Source of the DNA: Octopus bimaculoides
Lineage: Eukaryota
Assembly: GCF_001194135.2 (NCBI RefSeq)
Contig: NC_068985.1
Span: forward strand, 119,966,230-120,017,125
DNA length: 50,896 nt
Reading direction: 5' to 3'
The position numbers and the translations under genes are program-made. This document shows, one piece after another, positions 11,115 to 23,469 of this stretch. Positions within the stretch are counted from its first letter, which is position 1. Each line of letters opens with the position of its first letter. The notes under the pieces were generated by a model. The model searched no databases. It was not told where the DNA came from and was given only the letters and a program-made list of their open reading frames with translations.

Positions 11115-11227
11115 AGTTACTTGCTGTAATCCAATAGGAGGGTTCTAGACATCTAAGGCTAGTTGTTGTTGCCTGATTTTAGAATTCTTTTCTTTATCAA
11201 CAGTCTAATCTTTTGAGTGTATATGAA

Positions 11228-11259
<32 letters not shown>

Positions 11260-11276
11260 TAATAATAATAATAATA

Positions 11277-11611
11277 TTGTCATAGGTGCCCTGGGAATGA
11301 CAGCGAAACGGGCTGATTACTACCTAGCTCAGATACCAGGAAACCCCAAAATGGCTGAAGTTCAAAAGATAGTGCTCATGGGAACAGCCCATATCCTACG
11401 TAAAATACTGTCTATGTGATCTCAAATTTTAAAGCAAACACATAATTTTCTTATGGTTTCTTAAACATTCACTTGAAGAAAACTGTACAAATCCAAATAT
11501 ATGGTACCCTAGGCATAACACCTACATGAACTTCTAACTTGTTGTCTCTTGAGGTCTCTGGGTGAGACTTGGATCCAACTTGTACAAATGCAAAACAAAA
11601 GTCAAACATAA
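11277..11611 (+). mobile_element. 5'-truncated R4/Dong insertion flanked on both sides by (AAT)n
   Basis: VIGALGMTAKRADYYLAQIPGNPKMAEVQKIVLMGTAHILRKILSM* plus a 3' UTR matching 4497-4690; (AAT)n at 11228-11275 and 11612-11632. Confidence 0.9.
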
Positions 11612-11632
11612 AATAATAATAATAATAATAAT

Positions 11633-11795
11633 GATCTTTTCTACTAGAAGCACAAGGTCACAAATTTGATGGGCGGGGTTAGTCGATTACATCGACCACG
11701 GCGTGCTTGACTGATATTTATTTTATTGGCGCTGAAAGGATGAAAGGTAAAGTCAACCGTGGCGGGATTTGAACTCAGAACGTAAAGCCGGTCAA
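11633..11795 (-). mobile_element. SINE family B, 3' two-thirds
   Basis: CTTTTCTACTAGAAGCACAAGG...GAAAGGATGAAAGGTAAAGTCAACCGTGGCGGGATTTGAACTCAGAACGTAAA. Confidence 0.85.
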
Positions 11796-11899
11796 AATTC
11801 CACAGTCAGTGAAGGATTATACGCCTCAGTCAGGAAATGCTTTTCCTGTATTAGCGGTAAGGTAGTAGCTAACCTCAATACCATCTGAGTGATGACGGT

Positions 11900-12270
11900 A
11901 CCTATTTCCAGTGTACCATTCTAGGACAGCTTCGTCCTTGTTCATCTATGAATGAAACATGTTAACCTACTTGTAATCTCCATCTAGTTTTTACTCAAGT
12001 GAATGTTTAGTTCGAACCAGAGCGTAAGCACTTTAACCAGACACAAGGTTCAGTGACAGAAATCATTACTTCCCATACATTTGCCTCTCCAGATACCAAG
12101 CCGAAAGCTTACAGACTGGCCTAGGTAATGTATGCCTCTGCTACATTCTGTTGCTCCTCCAGAATGATACGGATCGCCTTGATATCTGATGTGTCTGATT
12201 CCATGACCCTGACGACGTCCGTGAACGTAGACAAAGATCTTCTGTGTTCCAGATGGAATCCTAGACACAT
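11900..12270 (-). mobile_element. L1/Tx1-clade RT fragment, degenerate
   Basis: STFTDVVRVMESDTSDIKAIRIILEE.../SVSFRLGIWRGK.../KVLTLWFELNIHLSKN*MEITSRL...TKLS*NGTLEI follows the Tx1 post-YADD sequence order. Confidence 0.65.
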
Positions 12271-12432
12271 CTGTGTAATAAAATTAAATGAAAATAGAGG
12301 AAGCCAGAGCTAAGTAGATTGAAAAATCTTTGAACAAGGTCAAAAGACCAGAAAATGGTTTTAAAAAATGCGCCATCAAAATACGAAAAAAAGAAAAAAA
12401 GAAAAAATTAACTAAAAAATTCACAAAAGAAT

Positions 12433-12589
12433 AAATGGACGAACGAGATTCATTATGATTAGTATTGCGATATTGGAATGAGAGGAAATGAGCCAATATG
12501 AAAGCCATCAATGGTTGAAAACAAATGGTCTAAAAGCCGAAACAGGTGATTTGATTTTTAACAGCACAAGATTAATGTATAGCCACAAA

Positions 12590-12593
<4 letters not shown>
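12433..12593 (+). mobile_element. R4/Dong-type fragment abutting (AAT)n
   Basis: SHQWLKTNGLKAETGDLI/TAQD*CIATKY is homologous to HQWLMASGLKSETEGFIIAAQDQCLPT at 5250-5340. Confidence 0.75.
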
Positions 12594-12657
<64 letters not shown>

Positions 12658-12666
12658 TTAATAATG

Positions 12667-12724
<58 letters not shown>

Positions 12725-12917
12725 GAAGAAGAAGAAGAAGAAGAAGAAGACGAAGAAAAAAAGGAGGAGAGGGAAGGGGAGGAAGAGGGGCAGAAGAAGA
12801 AGAACAAGAAAAAGAAGAAGAAGAAGAAGAAGAAGAAGAAGACGAAGAAGAAGAAGAAGAAGAAGACGAAGAAGAAGAAGAAGACGAAGAAGAAGAAGAA
12901 GAAGAAGAAGAAGACGA
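12592..12917. repeat. Compound (AAT)n then (GAA)n/purine tract
   Basis: Direct read: (AAT)n 12592-12722, then (AGA)n with GAC/GGA interruptions to 12917. Confidence 0.95.
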
Positions 12918-13302
12918 GGCTTTCATCCGAGTTAGAGATTGCTGTAAACAGAAGTGGGCAAAAATAATTACCTGTTTTCTAATGTTAAGTGTGTTCATAA
13001 AGCAAAAATATGTTATAAACCCACACAGGATCTGATTTGGACCTATATAAATGCTTATCCTATTCTGATAGACTCTTATCTAGATAATAAACGGGAAACT
13101 TAGATGCTGCAATGAAGGTTTTAGTGAGAAGCCTATGTACAATGATAGACATCCTTATGCGTTGAAGCCAAGTTTGAAAAGCTTTCAAATTGGAAGTAAC
13201 AGGAAGTACAGGTATATATATATATATATATACGGAAATGTACTTCCATAGCAAGTGACCTTATCTGAGATTGTGTGCTGGAACGAAAACAATTGCTGCA
13301 TT

Positions 13303-13556
13303 GAAAGTGTTTATAAACCATTTAAGAAATACGCAAAAACCATTAGATTCACTTCAGCATTTAAATTTAATTTGCCAAAATATTTTCGTCGCTTTGAGAC
13401 CGCGACATGTTCACTGACAAAATTCCGTGACGCAGCACGGAATATCGTCAGTGAACAGGTCTCAAAGCGATGAAAATATTTTGGCAAATTGAATTTAAAT
13501 GTTGAAGTGAATCTAATGGTTTTTGTGTATTTCTTAAATGGCTTATAAACACATTC
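13303..13556. repeat. Long fold-back palindrome (MITE-like or hairpin)
   Basis: Arms 13303-13429 and 13436-13556 with a 6-nt loop; 113/121 matched plus one 6-nt bulge (GCGACA). Confidence 0.95.
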
Positions 13557-13573
13557 CGAGCTGCTATTGTTGT

Positions 13574-13651
<78 letters not shown>

Positions 13652-13788
13652 CTTATATATATGCATATATATGTATGTATATATATATATTTGTATGTAT
13701 ATATATATATATTGATAATAAGCGGAAAGAAAAATTTGAACATTCAAACTTTATGTTTATTTCCAGTGAGCTTATTGATAATAATTGT

Positions 13789-13855
13789 CCGACACGTGTT
13801 TCAGTCGCACTAAGTACATATTGTCACATATTTATATGCAGCGATCTCTTCAGGG
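13789..13855 (-). ncRNA. Degenerate type I hammerhead ribozyme
   Basis: CC-CUGAAGA-GAUCGC...GCGACU-GAAA-CACGUG-UC-GG: core and GUC triplet intact, palindromic stem III; stem I only 2 bp and stem II base mismatched. Confidence 0.55.
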
Positions 13856-14019
13856 TATATAAGTACGACCTTGTTCCCAGGGGAATTTTCCTCAGTTATT
13901 AGTTTGTATTAGACTTGGTAGTAGTAGTAAACCAAGAGATTCATCGATGAGTTGTTTTTCTGAACTGATTGTTTGGGTAACATTCAGTAGTAGTAGCAGC
14001 AGTGTTTGATGAAGTTGGC

Positions 14020-14330
14020 AAATTTTCTTGGCCAGTTGGGGAGTGGTTATTTATAGAATACTTTTCTTTTGATTGCTTCTATATACTTTATAGTCACATG
14101 GCATGTTATCAATTATGTTACATAATGAACTTCGTATTTGAGAATAAACAATTCTCTTATGTTTCTTCCTTTAGCGAATTAAACTTCATTATAAACATAT
14201 TTGTTGATTTTTCGCTTTCTAATTCTAAGTTTTCCAGGTACATGCTTTGGCTGGTCTGAATCGGCATTCTGTTATTCTTTTCCTCTTTCATTCAAATTTT
14301 TCTTGGGTAATCCCGCCCAATTTACATTTG
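14020..14330 (-). mobile_element. Probable Penelope-like element 3' remnant
   Basis: Very decayed translation with a Cys/Glu-Lys/Asn pattern reminiscent of the PLE endonuclease C-terminus, lying upstream of the hammerhead motif on the same strand. Confidence 0.3.
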
Positions 14331-14794
14331 TTAAATTTTGGTAATCTTGATTAGAATTTCCACCTGTTGATAATTTATAATTAATCAATATATCACTACT
14401 CGCTAGCTTATTTGAAAGACCTGATGAGTTCAGGGTTGTGTAATATATTGTGTATCTTATAGATAGTGCGCATACAAAGAACCTGACTACTATTTTTACG
14501 CCACAATAAAGACTTAACGAAATTACTGTGACAGGACCACATAACCTATTAGATTGTTTTCCTTTATTTTTTACTCAGGTTTAACGTTCCATTTATCACT
14601 GGATAATTATTGATGGTTTTGGACTTGTGGAGAAACAATAAACGGTGTACTACCTTTCATCGATGCACTCTGCGCTATGATAATGGATTACATAATAGTC
14701 TGATTTGCACCATTCTGTCTAGCCAATAATTATTGCATGGCTCACTTTGATACGCCTCGACCTTCCATGGATCTTGTGCATTCAGATCTATCTG

Positions 14795-14855
<61 letters not shown>

Positions 14856-14921
14856 TTGTGTGTCTGTGTGTCTGTCTGCATATACATGCTGCACATATAT
14901 ATATATAAATATATATATATG

Positions 14922-14970
<49 letters not shown>

Positions 14971-16793
14971 TGGTCTGGTTTGGAACGTCTTTGATCTTAA
15001 GTGTACTCAATCAGCCTATAATCTGACATCAGACTGGAGGACAGTATATTACACAGTTTAAAATGTAAGTCTATAAACTACGTATACATAATTCACTTAC
15101 TGATAGGATTAGAATCTTTTACGACAAACGACGGCAATAAAAAATATCAACACTAGAAACAACAAACAAATTCAGCAAATGCCGCTGTGATGAAGATGAA
15201 AATGATGATGATGACAGTTAAGATGGTGATTATGATGAAAATTTGATTAACAGTAGATGAAAGAATAAAATGATAACGCCACTAGCCAGGAGCTAATATA
15301 CATTATTTTACGTTCCTGTGGGATGTCTGTGAAAAATGACCGTGACTTTAGTATCATAATGAGAAAAAAAAAAATTTTAAAAATAAAAAACAGAAAAAAA
15401 TAGACAACAGCAAAGTATGTTGTGTAAATATTTTTTTTATATTACACCGTTTTATAGCAGAACTGAAACAAACGAAATAAATATTGATAAGTATTTTATA
15501 CTCGAAACTCTGGTGAAATTGTGGTAAACGCGAGTGCAAGTGACTCTGTGATTATATTATAGTAATATAGAGTTGAACACAAGAAGACGATAGTGGGAGA
15601 GATTGAGAGACGCGTGGACTGAGAATGAGATTCGTACATTAGAAATGAAAAGCGTAGTATCTCAAGAGGTTCATTGTGCCAATAATAAACATATGAGCTG
15701 AATCAATTTCACTGCATTATCATTCATCATTTGGTTAGCTATTTAACCTACTGACTAGAAGAAAGATAGATTTGGAACCGACCTGGAGTAGAGGAAGCAT
15801 GCCACTGAAGCGGTCGCGAATAACGACGAAAGAACTTTGGTAAACACAGCTGATTTATTAATTAGCCGAATTATTAAGTAAGCAATAGATTGGTAAGTTG
15901 GTTAAATAGATAACCATTTGACGTATAATAAAGAAACGAAATTGAAACAATGCGTTTGTTTATCATTGGCATAATGATTCTCCCGATATACAACAAAAAC
16001 ATTTTCATGTTTTGTGATGAATGAATACCCAAGAAAATATTCAGGGAAAATTGGTGGAAGTAGTAGTAGTAGTTGTTATTTCTCACATAGACATAAAGCC
16101 AAAAATCTCTGAGATTGGTAGTTTAGACTTTGACGGGATTTGAACTTAGAATGTAAAGCGCCAAGACAAATACCGCAAGTTATTTGGTCCGACACTCATA
16201 CGATTATGTCAACCCATTACAATATGATGTCTTGCATTAGTGTGCTGAATGACTAACCAACGTTTTCTGAAACTGTTATTAAATGACTAATAGGCTTTGG
16301 AAAATCTCGTATCACGGGACCGTGTTAATTAATTTTGTAAAATTAATTAAACTAAAAAGTTGTAATTGCAATTTCGCTAAGGAAATTCTGAAAATAATTG
16401 TTACTTTATTCAATAACATTATTTTATCACTTTTTATCATGTTGACGTCTTGTACAGCCTAATAAAAGCCGCTCTTCTCAATGCATCTCAACGAAAAGGA
16501 GAGCGGCGGAGATGATTCAGAAAATACAACTGAGAACTGAATCCATTACAAGTAGTTAGTATCGTACTTCTAGCTAAAGTTCATGTCTGTGTCGACTTTG
16601 CCTTTCATCTCTCCTTGATCGATTCAAAAATTGGTCTAGGCAAATTAATCGCTATTAGCAAAGTCACATGACCAAAAGCGTCGGTCCTTTGGATTTCAAT
16701 GTTTCAGTCTTGTCAATATCTGTTATTTTACTGCTGTGATGTTTTCCTTATGTAAGTGAGTGAGTGAATGAGTGAGTGTGTGTGCGTGTATGA

Positions 16794-16828
<35 letters not shown>

Positions 16829-17009
16829 CGTGTGTGTGTTTGTGTGTGTGTGTGAGTATCTGTGCGTGTGAGTACGTGGTTGTGTGCATATGTTTCTGAG
16901 TGTCTGTATGGCTGTGTATTCAAATGAGACGAATAAGGAAATAGAGACTATACCACCTTCAACTGAATACATTACAAGACAGACAGAGGAAGAGAGACGG
17001 TGAGAAAGA

Positions 17010-17098
<89 letters not shown>

Positions 17099-17204
17099 GG
17101 AGAGAGAGAGAGAGAGAGAGTAGAAAGTGAGTGATGGGAAAGAGTATCAATCATCAGAGAAAATCGAGTAATAATTGATTGAATTCTAATTGTGTCCTTG
17201 ATAT

Positions 17205-17430
17205 GTACATATACTTTTCTACTCTAGGCACAAGGCCCGAAATTTTTTGGGGGAGGGGAGAAGGCCAGTCGAGTATATTGACCCCAGTACGCAACGAGTA
17301 CTTAATTTATCGACCTAGAAAGGATGAAAGGCAAAATCGACCTCAGCGGAATTTCAACTCAACGTAAAAGCAGACGAAATACTGCTTAGAATTTCGCCCG
17401 GCGAGCTAACGTTTCTGCCAGCTCACCGCC
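17205..17430 (-). mobile_element. SINE family B, full length
   Basis: Head AGGGCGGTGAGCTGGCAGAAACGTTAGCTCGCCGGGCGAAAT, B-box-like GAGTTGAAATTCCGC, and 3' CCTTGTGCCTAGAGTAGAAAAG. Confidence 0.9.
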
Positions 17431-17484
17431 CTCTTGATATGAAAATATAAAACGAATACTGAAGTGGTGAAAGTGCCCATATTT

Positions 17485-17680
17485 GTATGTATGTATGTAT
17501 GTATGTATGTATGTATGTATGTGGGTGGGTGTGTATGTATGTATATATGTATGTACGTATGTATGTACATACCTAAATATGTATGTATATATGTGTGTGT
17601 GTGCGTGTGTGTATGTGCGTGTGTGTGTGTGAGAGTGTGTGTATGTATCTATATGCGTGTATGTGTGTGTGCGTGTGTGC

Positions 17681-17762
<82 letters not shown>
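17485..17762. repeat. Compound (TATG)n/(GT)n/(AT)n microsatellite
   Basis: Direct read. Confidence 0.95.
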
Positions 17763-17766
<4 letters not shown>

Positions 17767-17918
17767 TTTTTCTTCTTTTTTACTTGTATTTGTTTCAGCC
17801 ATTTGACTGCGGCCATGATGGAACACTGCCATAAAGTTTTCTTGTAGTCGAAGAAATCGGCTTGTCTATAAGCCTGGTCCTTATTCAATCGGTCTTTTGC
17901 CGAAACACTAAATTTCAG
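17763..17918 (-). mobile_element. SINE family A, 3' part
   Basis: TTGTTTCAGCCATTTGACTGCGGCCATGATGGAACAC...AATCGGTCTTTTGCCGAA. Confidence 0.8.
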
Positions 17919-18779
17919 GATTACAAGACTGGCAAGAAATAGCAACCAAATATTCCTCAAACTATGTCTTCAGAAAAGAAAGGATATACTAGGTGATAAC
18001 CATGTCAAGAAAAAAAGACAATATTTTAATCGAATTATCATAGATTAGTTGAATGGATCGGTTCACTAATTTAGAGACAAACTTCAACAATATCTGTCTT
18101 CAAAATAGGTGGATATATATATAGGTAACTCATTCATGAATATGATGTAACAGGAAACAAGATGAAATAGTGACGGGTAGAAAGCCAATTGGACGACATA
18201 AATTTATCCTAGAATGTTCAGCAGGGTTTGATTTGATGGAGAATTGACTGCCGCTTCGTTGGTCGAGTGTTAAGGTAAACATCTCTTATTTCTGATGTAA
18301 TATTGATGTTTAGAACAAAGTCAACATTGACGATTGTGTAGACCTTAATATACTGCATTCCAATTGTGGCCATCCCGTACTTCTAGGACAAAATTATTTA
18401 ATGTATTTTGTTTTTCTAGTTAAAGAAGTAGTATGCGATTTGAGACAGACTATATTGCTATTTCTCGTGTGGCGAGTAACCATGTAGCGTTGTCTGTCAC
18501 TTGGTTCAGTCGAGTCCTCTAAACGTACGTGGCGGACGTGCGGTACATCATTGATATAATTCTAAAGTTGTGTGAACAACGTAAATGTTATTGACAATTA
18601 ATTATTAAATGAATCCACTTGTGAAATTATAGTAAATAGACGGTGGGGTTATATATTTTTAGCTACCACTGTGTGTTCTAGTATGTAAGCTTATTAATCA
18701 TTTCTCACATATACACATTCCCATTATTCACTTGCTAATTTTGAAGGAAGGGGTATAGCCCTTGACCTTTGCAGGCCCT

Positions 18780-19060
18780 CTGAGGAAGGATGGTGAACTT
18801 TATAACTTTAATATTTCTTTTGAATTGTTGCAGACTTAGTAATGCAGGATTGGCATGAGATTCCGGAAAGGTCGGCAGGAGAGAATTGAGTATAGTGGGT
18901 AGCCTGGTGGCTGGTGATAGAAAAAAAAAGATGAAAAATGTAGAAAGGCGAATGGATCGAAGAATGACCGTCTGAGGGACAGAGGTAAGAAACCTCTCTT
19001 TTTTTGCTTTATCCATAGAGCTGTGGTGAAGGCTTTGTGGGGTCGTGTAGTGTTTCTGAG
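18780..19060 (-). mobile_element. Probable CR1/L2/Jockey-group LINE 3' end
   Basis: FFFLSPATRLPTILNSLLPTFP...LQQFKRNI resembles the SFFxRTxxLWNxLP...FK terminal motif. Confidence 0.4.
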
Positions 19061-19762
19061 CCGATTCAGACTGAAGGAGAAAGATAGAGATAGTTAGACT
19101 GAGAATACTGACCGCATTATTTAAATGATACATTATTTATTATCGACTTCGAGGAGGTGAAACGCAACTTTGCCCTCGGTAGGAATTGTACTCAGAGTGT
19201 AGAAAAACAAATACCACAGGATATTTTATTCGATGCTCTAACGACTCTACCTATTGGCCGCCTACACATATAGAAAACTGGATGATTTAGTATAGAACTT
19301 TGACAATAAGAAATTTTCCTATTCTGTGTAGAATCGGAGAACACACTGAGATTGCAGAAATATTTTCTCTAATGCTATGTACCCGGCAACAAACTGTCTA
19401 TGAGATATTTATATGTAATAATTGTTTCTAACATTCGCCCAAGATCTGAAATTTTGTTAGGAGAGGATAGCTGATTAAATTGGTCCTTCTATGTGATTTC
19501 TACTTTGTTTTAACAATACAGCAGAATGAAAGGTAAACATGACCTCGGAAAGATTTGATATCACAATGGAAAAACCAGAAATCAATACTAGAAGGAATTT
19601 TCTTAATAGATTTACCAGTTGCGCAAAATCAATATACAGATGTGAATAGCTCATAATAGTTTCTAATGTAACATCGATGCCAATTTTATTTTATAAGAAA
19701 AAATGACAGTATAAAATAAAAGAAGTGAAATAATAATTATTTCAGTATTTCAAAATGCAAAG

Positions 19763-19833
19763 TGCATCGACCGGGAATCGAACCCGTGCCGCCCGCGTGG
19801 CAGGCGAGCATTCTTCCACTGAACCACCGATGC
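19763..19833 (-). tRNA. tRNA-Gly-GCC: tRNA-Gly (anticodon GCC), 71 nt, variant
   Basis: GCATCGGTGGTTCAGTGGAAGAATGCTCGCCTGCCACGCGGGCGGCACGGGTTCGATTCCCGGTCGATGCA folds as a cloverleaf with A and B boxes. TTTT lies 8 nt downstream and TATATATA 28-35 nt upstream. Confidence 0.9.
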
Positions 19834-20176
19834 ATGTCTTTAGTACCTCTCAAATTAAACTATATATAGCAAATATATTTGAGTTTGCAAGAATTTGTAC
19901 GTATTAAATGTCATTAGATATAGCCAAACACATGTTCGCATTATATATTGCGTAGTTCATGTTGCAGCTGAATGTTATGCTACTATGATATATTAACTTT
20001 ATCACCATGGGAGAAATCCATAGAGCAACGGATGTAATAATTAGATAGCTTCGAAAATAATGTCTAGTAATAAAACGATTGATTAATTAATCATTATTCT
20101 CTGGAAGTGTTATGCTATATTTAAAACGCAAATTCGTTGTTTTATTGTTTCTTGTTCAACATTAAAGACATCTATG

Positions 20177-20257
20177 TCAGCAGATGACGTCACCACCAAT
20201 AACGCCTCTAGATATTTCGATCCAGAGCTGAAGATGTTCATTTTGAAGTATCTCAAT
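20177..20257 (-). CDS. Candidate terminal exon of an unidentified minus-strand gene
   Basis: Acceptor ttactgttatag|, then IEILQNEHLQLWIEISRGVIGGDVIC*; AATAAA at 20146-20141. Confidence 0.4.
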   Translation of the reverse strand: MEILQNEHLQLWIEISRGVIGGDVIC

Positions 20258-20974
20258 CTATAACAGTAATTTTCACACCATTTCTATCTCCTATTCAAAA
20301 GGACAGCCGTCTCCGTTCTGCTATCTACCATTCGAAATATATTCTTATACAAACAAGACATCACGCCAAATTTATAACGAATTTTTAAAAGGAAATAACA
20401 CTAAGCCAAAGTATTTGGACATGGCTGATATCGTCCACTGGTGGGCGATTTTAAATTATTGATCAAAGGAGGAGATAATGATGAGTATTTTGGAATTTTG
20501 GTGGATGGCATGAGATTTTAAGCATTAAATTATTTTCACGTTACTTTATTTCTTAGAAAATGCAAAATAGCCTAAATTATTATATTTATAAGGTGTGTTT
20601 TCTTTTCCTTGCTTTTGCCAAATCGTGTGTGAGAATATATATGTTAAACAACATTTATTATTAGATACATTATTCATATGGCATGATGATATCTAATGGA
20701 AAAACGTAAACTAAAGAAAAGATACGTGTTCATTGGTGACCAAAGAAACACTTCAACATATAAAACTGACTGAATAATCCGAAATCCTTGTCACTGAGCT
20801 GCATATAGAGAAACTGACATAAAATAATTAAGATGAATTCAAATAACGAAACTAAACACAAAATATGGCGCTAGTATAAAAAATACGACCTTCAATACAC
20901 CTACCAATTACAGAAAAATACTTCAACTGTTTTGTTAGGATTAACGATTTTTTGGCTATCCTTTGTGTACTCAC

Positions 20975-21049
20975 CACACAGATGGACTTGTGGAAGATGT
21001 TTCGCTTTGAAAGTGGGCGGTGATGCAAAAATGGTTGAGAAATCCAATC
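20975..21049 (-). CDS. Candidate internal exon (75 nt)
   Basis: gtttgtttaattcag| ... G|gtgagt; open in all three frames; phase-0 reading is DWISQPFLHHRPLSKRNIFHKSICV. Confidence 0.5.
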
Positions 21050-21534
21050 CTGAATTAAACAAACACTGACTGAAGAATGACGTCACTCATAATATTACGC
21101 AACCCCATTGCTTTCTGGAGAGCGTTATCGTCGGCTTTTAGAAATGACTTTTTATAATAAAATATTAAGGAATTACCAATGAACTCATACATATTCTAGC
21201 CATTGAAGAATGCTAATGTTTGTTAATTTGTGGCAACTTTCTATGATAGAAAATAAATCGATACCAGACAGCTAAAAGGATTGTGACTTATACTGTGACA
21301 TAATGCTAGATTTAGAGTGAAATAAATTTCACTGTGAAGTTAGAAGAGGTAAAGGGAATAAGACACATTATGTAAAATTCCCTTCTGTTATTCGTTATAT
21401 CATATCCGTTCACCCAACATTTATTGTAATACCAAAGCTGCAAATCGTGCTGAAGTTCAGGACTATATTCATACTTATATGGATAAATGCACACACACGC
21501 ACACACAGACACATATAAAAAGATATGCATATAT

Positions 21535-22120
<586 letters not shown>

Positions 22121-22365
22121 ACCTAAAAGTTAAGCGATATATGAACAGATCTGTATATACAGATACATAGAACTATATAGGAACAGTAGTATTTGAATTC
22201 AGTGCCTTTTATGACTATCTCTAAAGGCCTCTTCCTAAGAGCGAAGTGTTAGACTATCATAAATATCCGTAAGAGGATTTCCAGCGTATCGGGTACCTAT
22301 CATCCGATATACGGGTTAAGGCGAGCGCAGGCACACCCACACATACACCACACGCATACACACAC

Positions 22366-22437
<72 letters not shown>

Positions 22438-22499
22438 ACACAAACACACAGGGGACAAATGCTCTAAGTAGTGATGTGTATGAATACAACATTGTTAAC

Positions 22500-22670
22500 A
22501 GTTGAAACGTACTTGAGACATATTCGAACCCGTTAGAAGGCTATGTTTTGTCACGGAGAAAGTTTCTCGCTGTAGACAAATAGGGGTGAACGCACCGAAT
22601 CAGTTTGCATCTGTCTCTAATCCGAGTGCTCGATGCAGGCATATCGGGATGGTTATCTCCTCCTCAGTAC
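22500..22670 (+). mobile_element. Possible Penelope-like endonuclease C-terminal remnant
   Basis: S*NVLETYSN.../LCFVTEK...N...ARCRH resembles WxIL...YxN...CxLCxxEK...N...CRH. Confidence 0.3.
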
Positions 22671-23023
22671 CAGCTGCCGGAAAGATAGACACTGCGAACT
22701 GATAAGAGAGTCAGGTCCCTCTTATTATATTCCTATCATCGTTGCTGTTGCCATGATGTTCTGATCTGATGAGCTAGTGTTCTTTATTTGTATTGATTTG
22801 TTAATATACAATTTTATAAAGCTTATTATGGATATTAATGCAGACATGTAAAATAATTATACAATAAAATAATTAGACAATGAAATTATTCTTACATGAA
22901 GAAGTGACACAAAACGGCTATAATGCTGAAAATGTCAGGTTGTTATATAAATATATTAACCTCTTATACTTCTTAATATATATATATATATAAATATACA
23001 CATATGTACATATAGACATCATG

Positions 23024-23129
<106 letters not shown>

Positions 23130-23469
23130 TATACATAACTGAATGTTGGTTTGTCAGGGGCGGGGTGAAAAAGTACTTCAGAGTTAGTTAAAAGGATTTT
23201 TAGTGTTTAGAATTTGCACCAAATTTATCGAAATACCGAACCGGTTTCCCCATTTTTCGATTTTTCGATGGTAAATAAAAAAAAAGCTCATGAGAGATAG
23301 ATGGGATAAGGAAATATTCCGGAAAACACGCTTAAAAATCAAATGTTCATACAAATTCCAATATTCAATAAATTTCATACAGAGAGACAATAATCTATTT
23401 CAAATATTCGATGGATTTCATAACAGTCATATATGACTGAAAGCTAAAATTTTCGGTATTATTTATTAT

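Noticed and set aside
14420-14530. CTGATGA followed by a possible stem
   Set aside because: No correctly placed GAAA/stem III/NUH and no stem I partner.
15101-15152. Strong minus-strand acceptor and donor pair
   Set aside because: All three frames contain stops; it could only be non-coding and has no other support.
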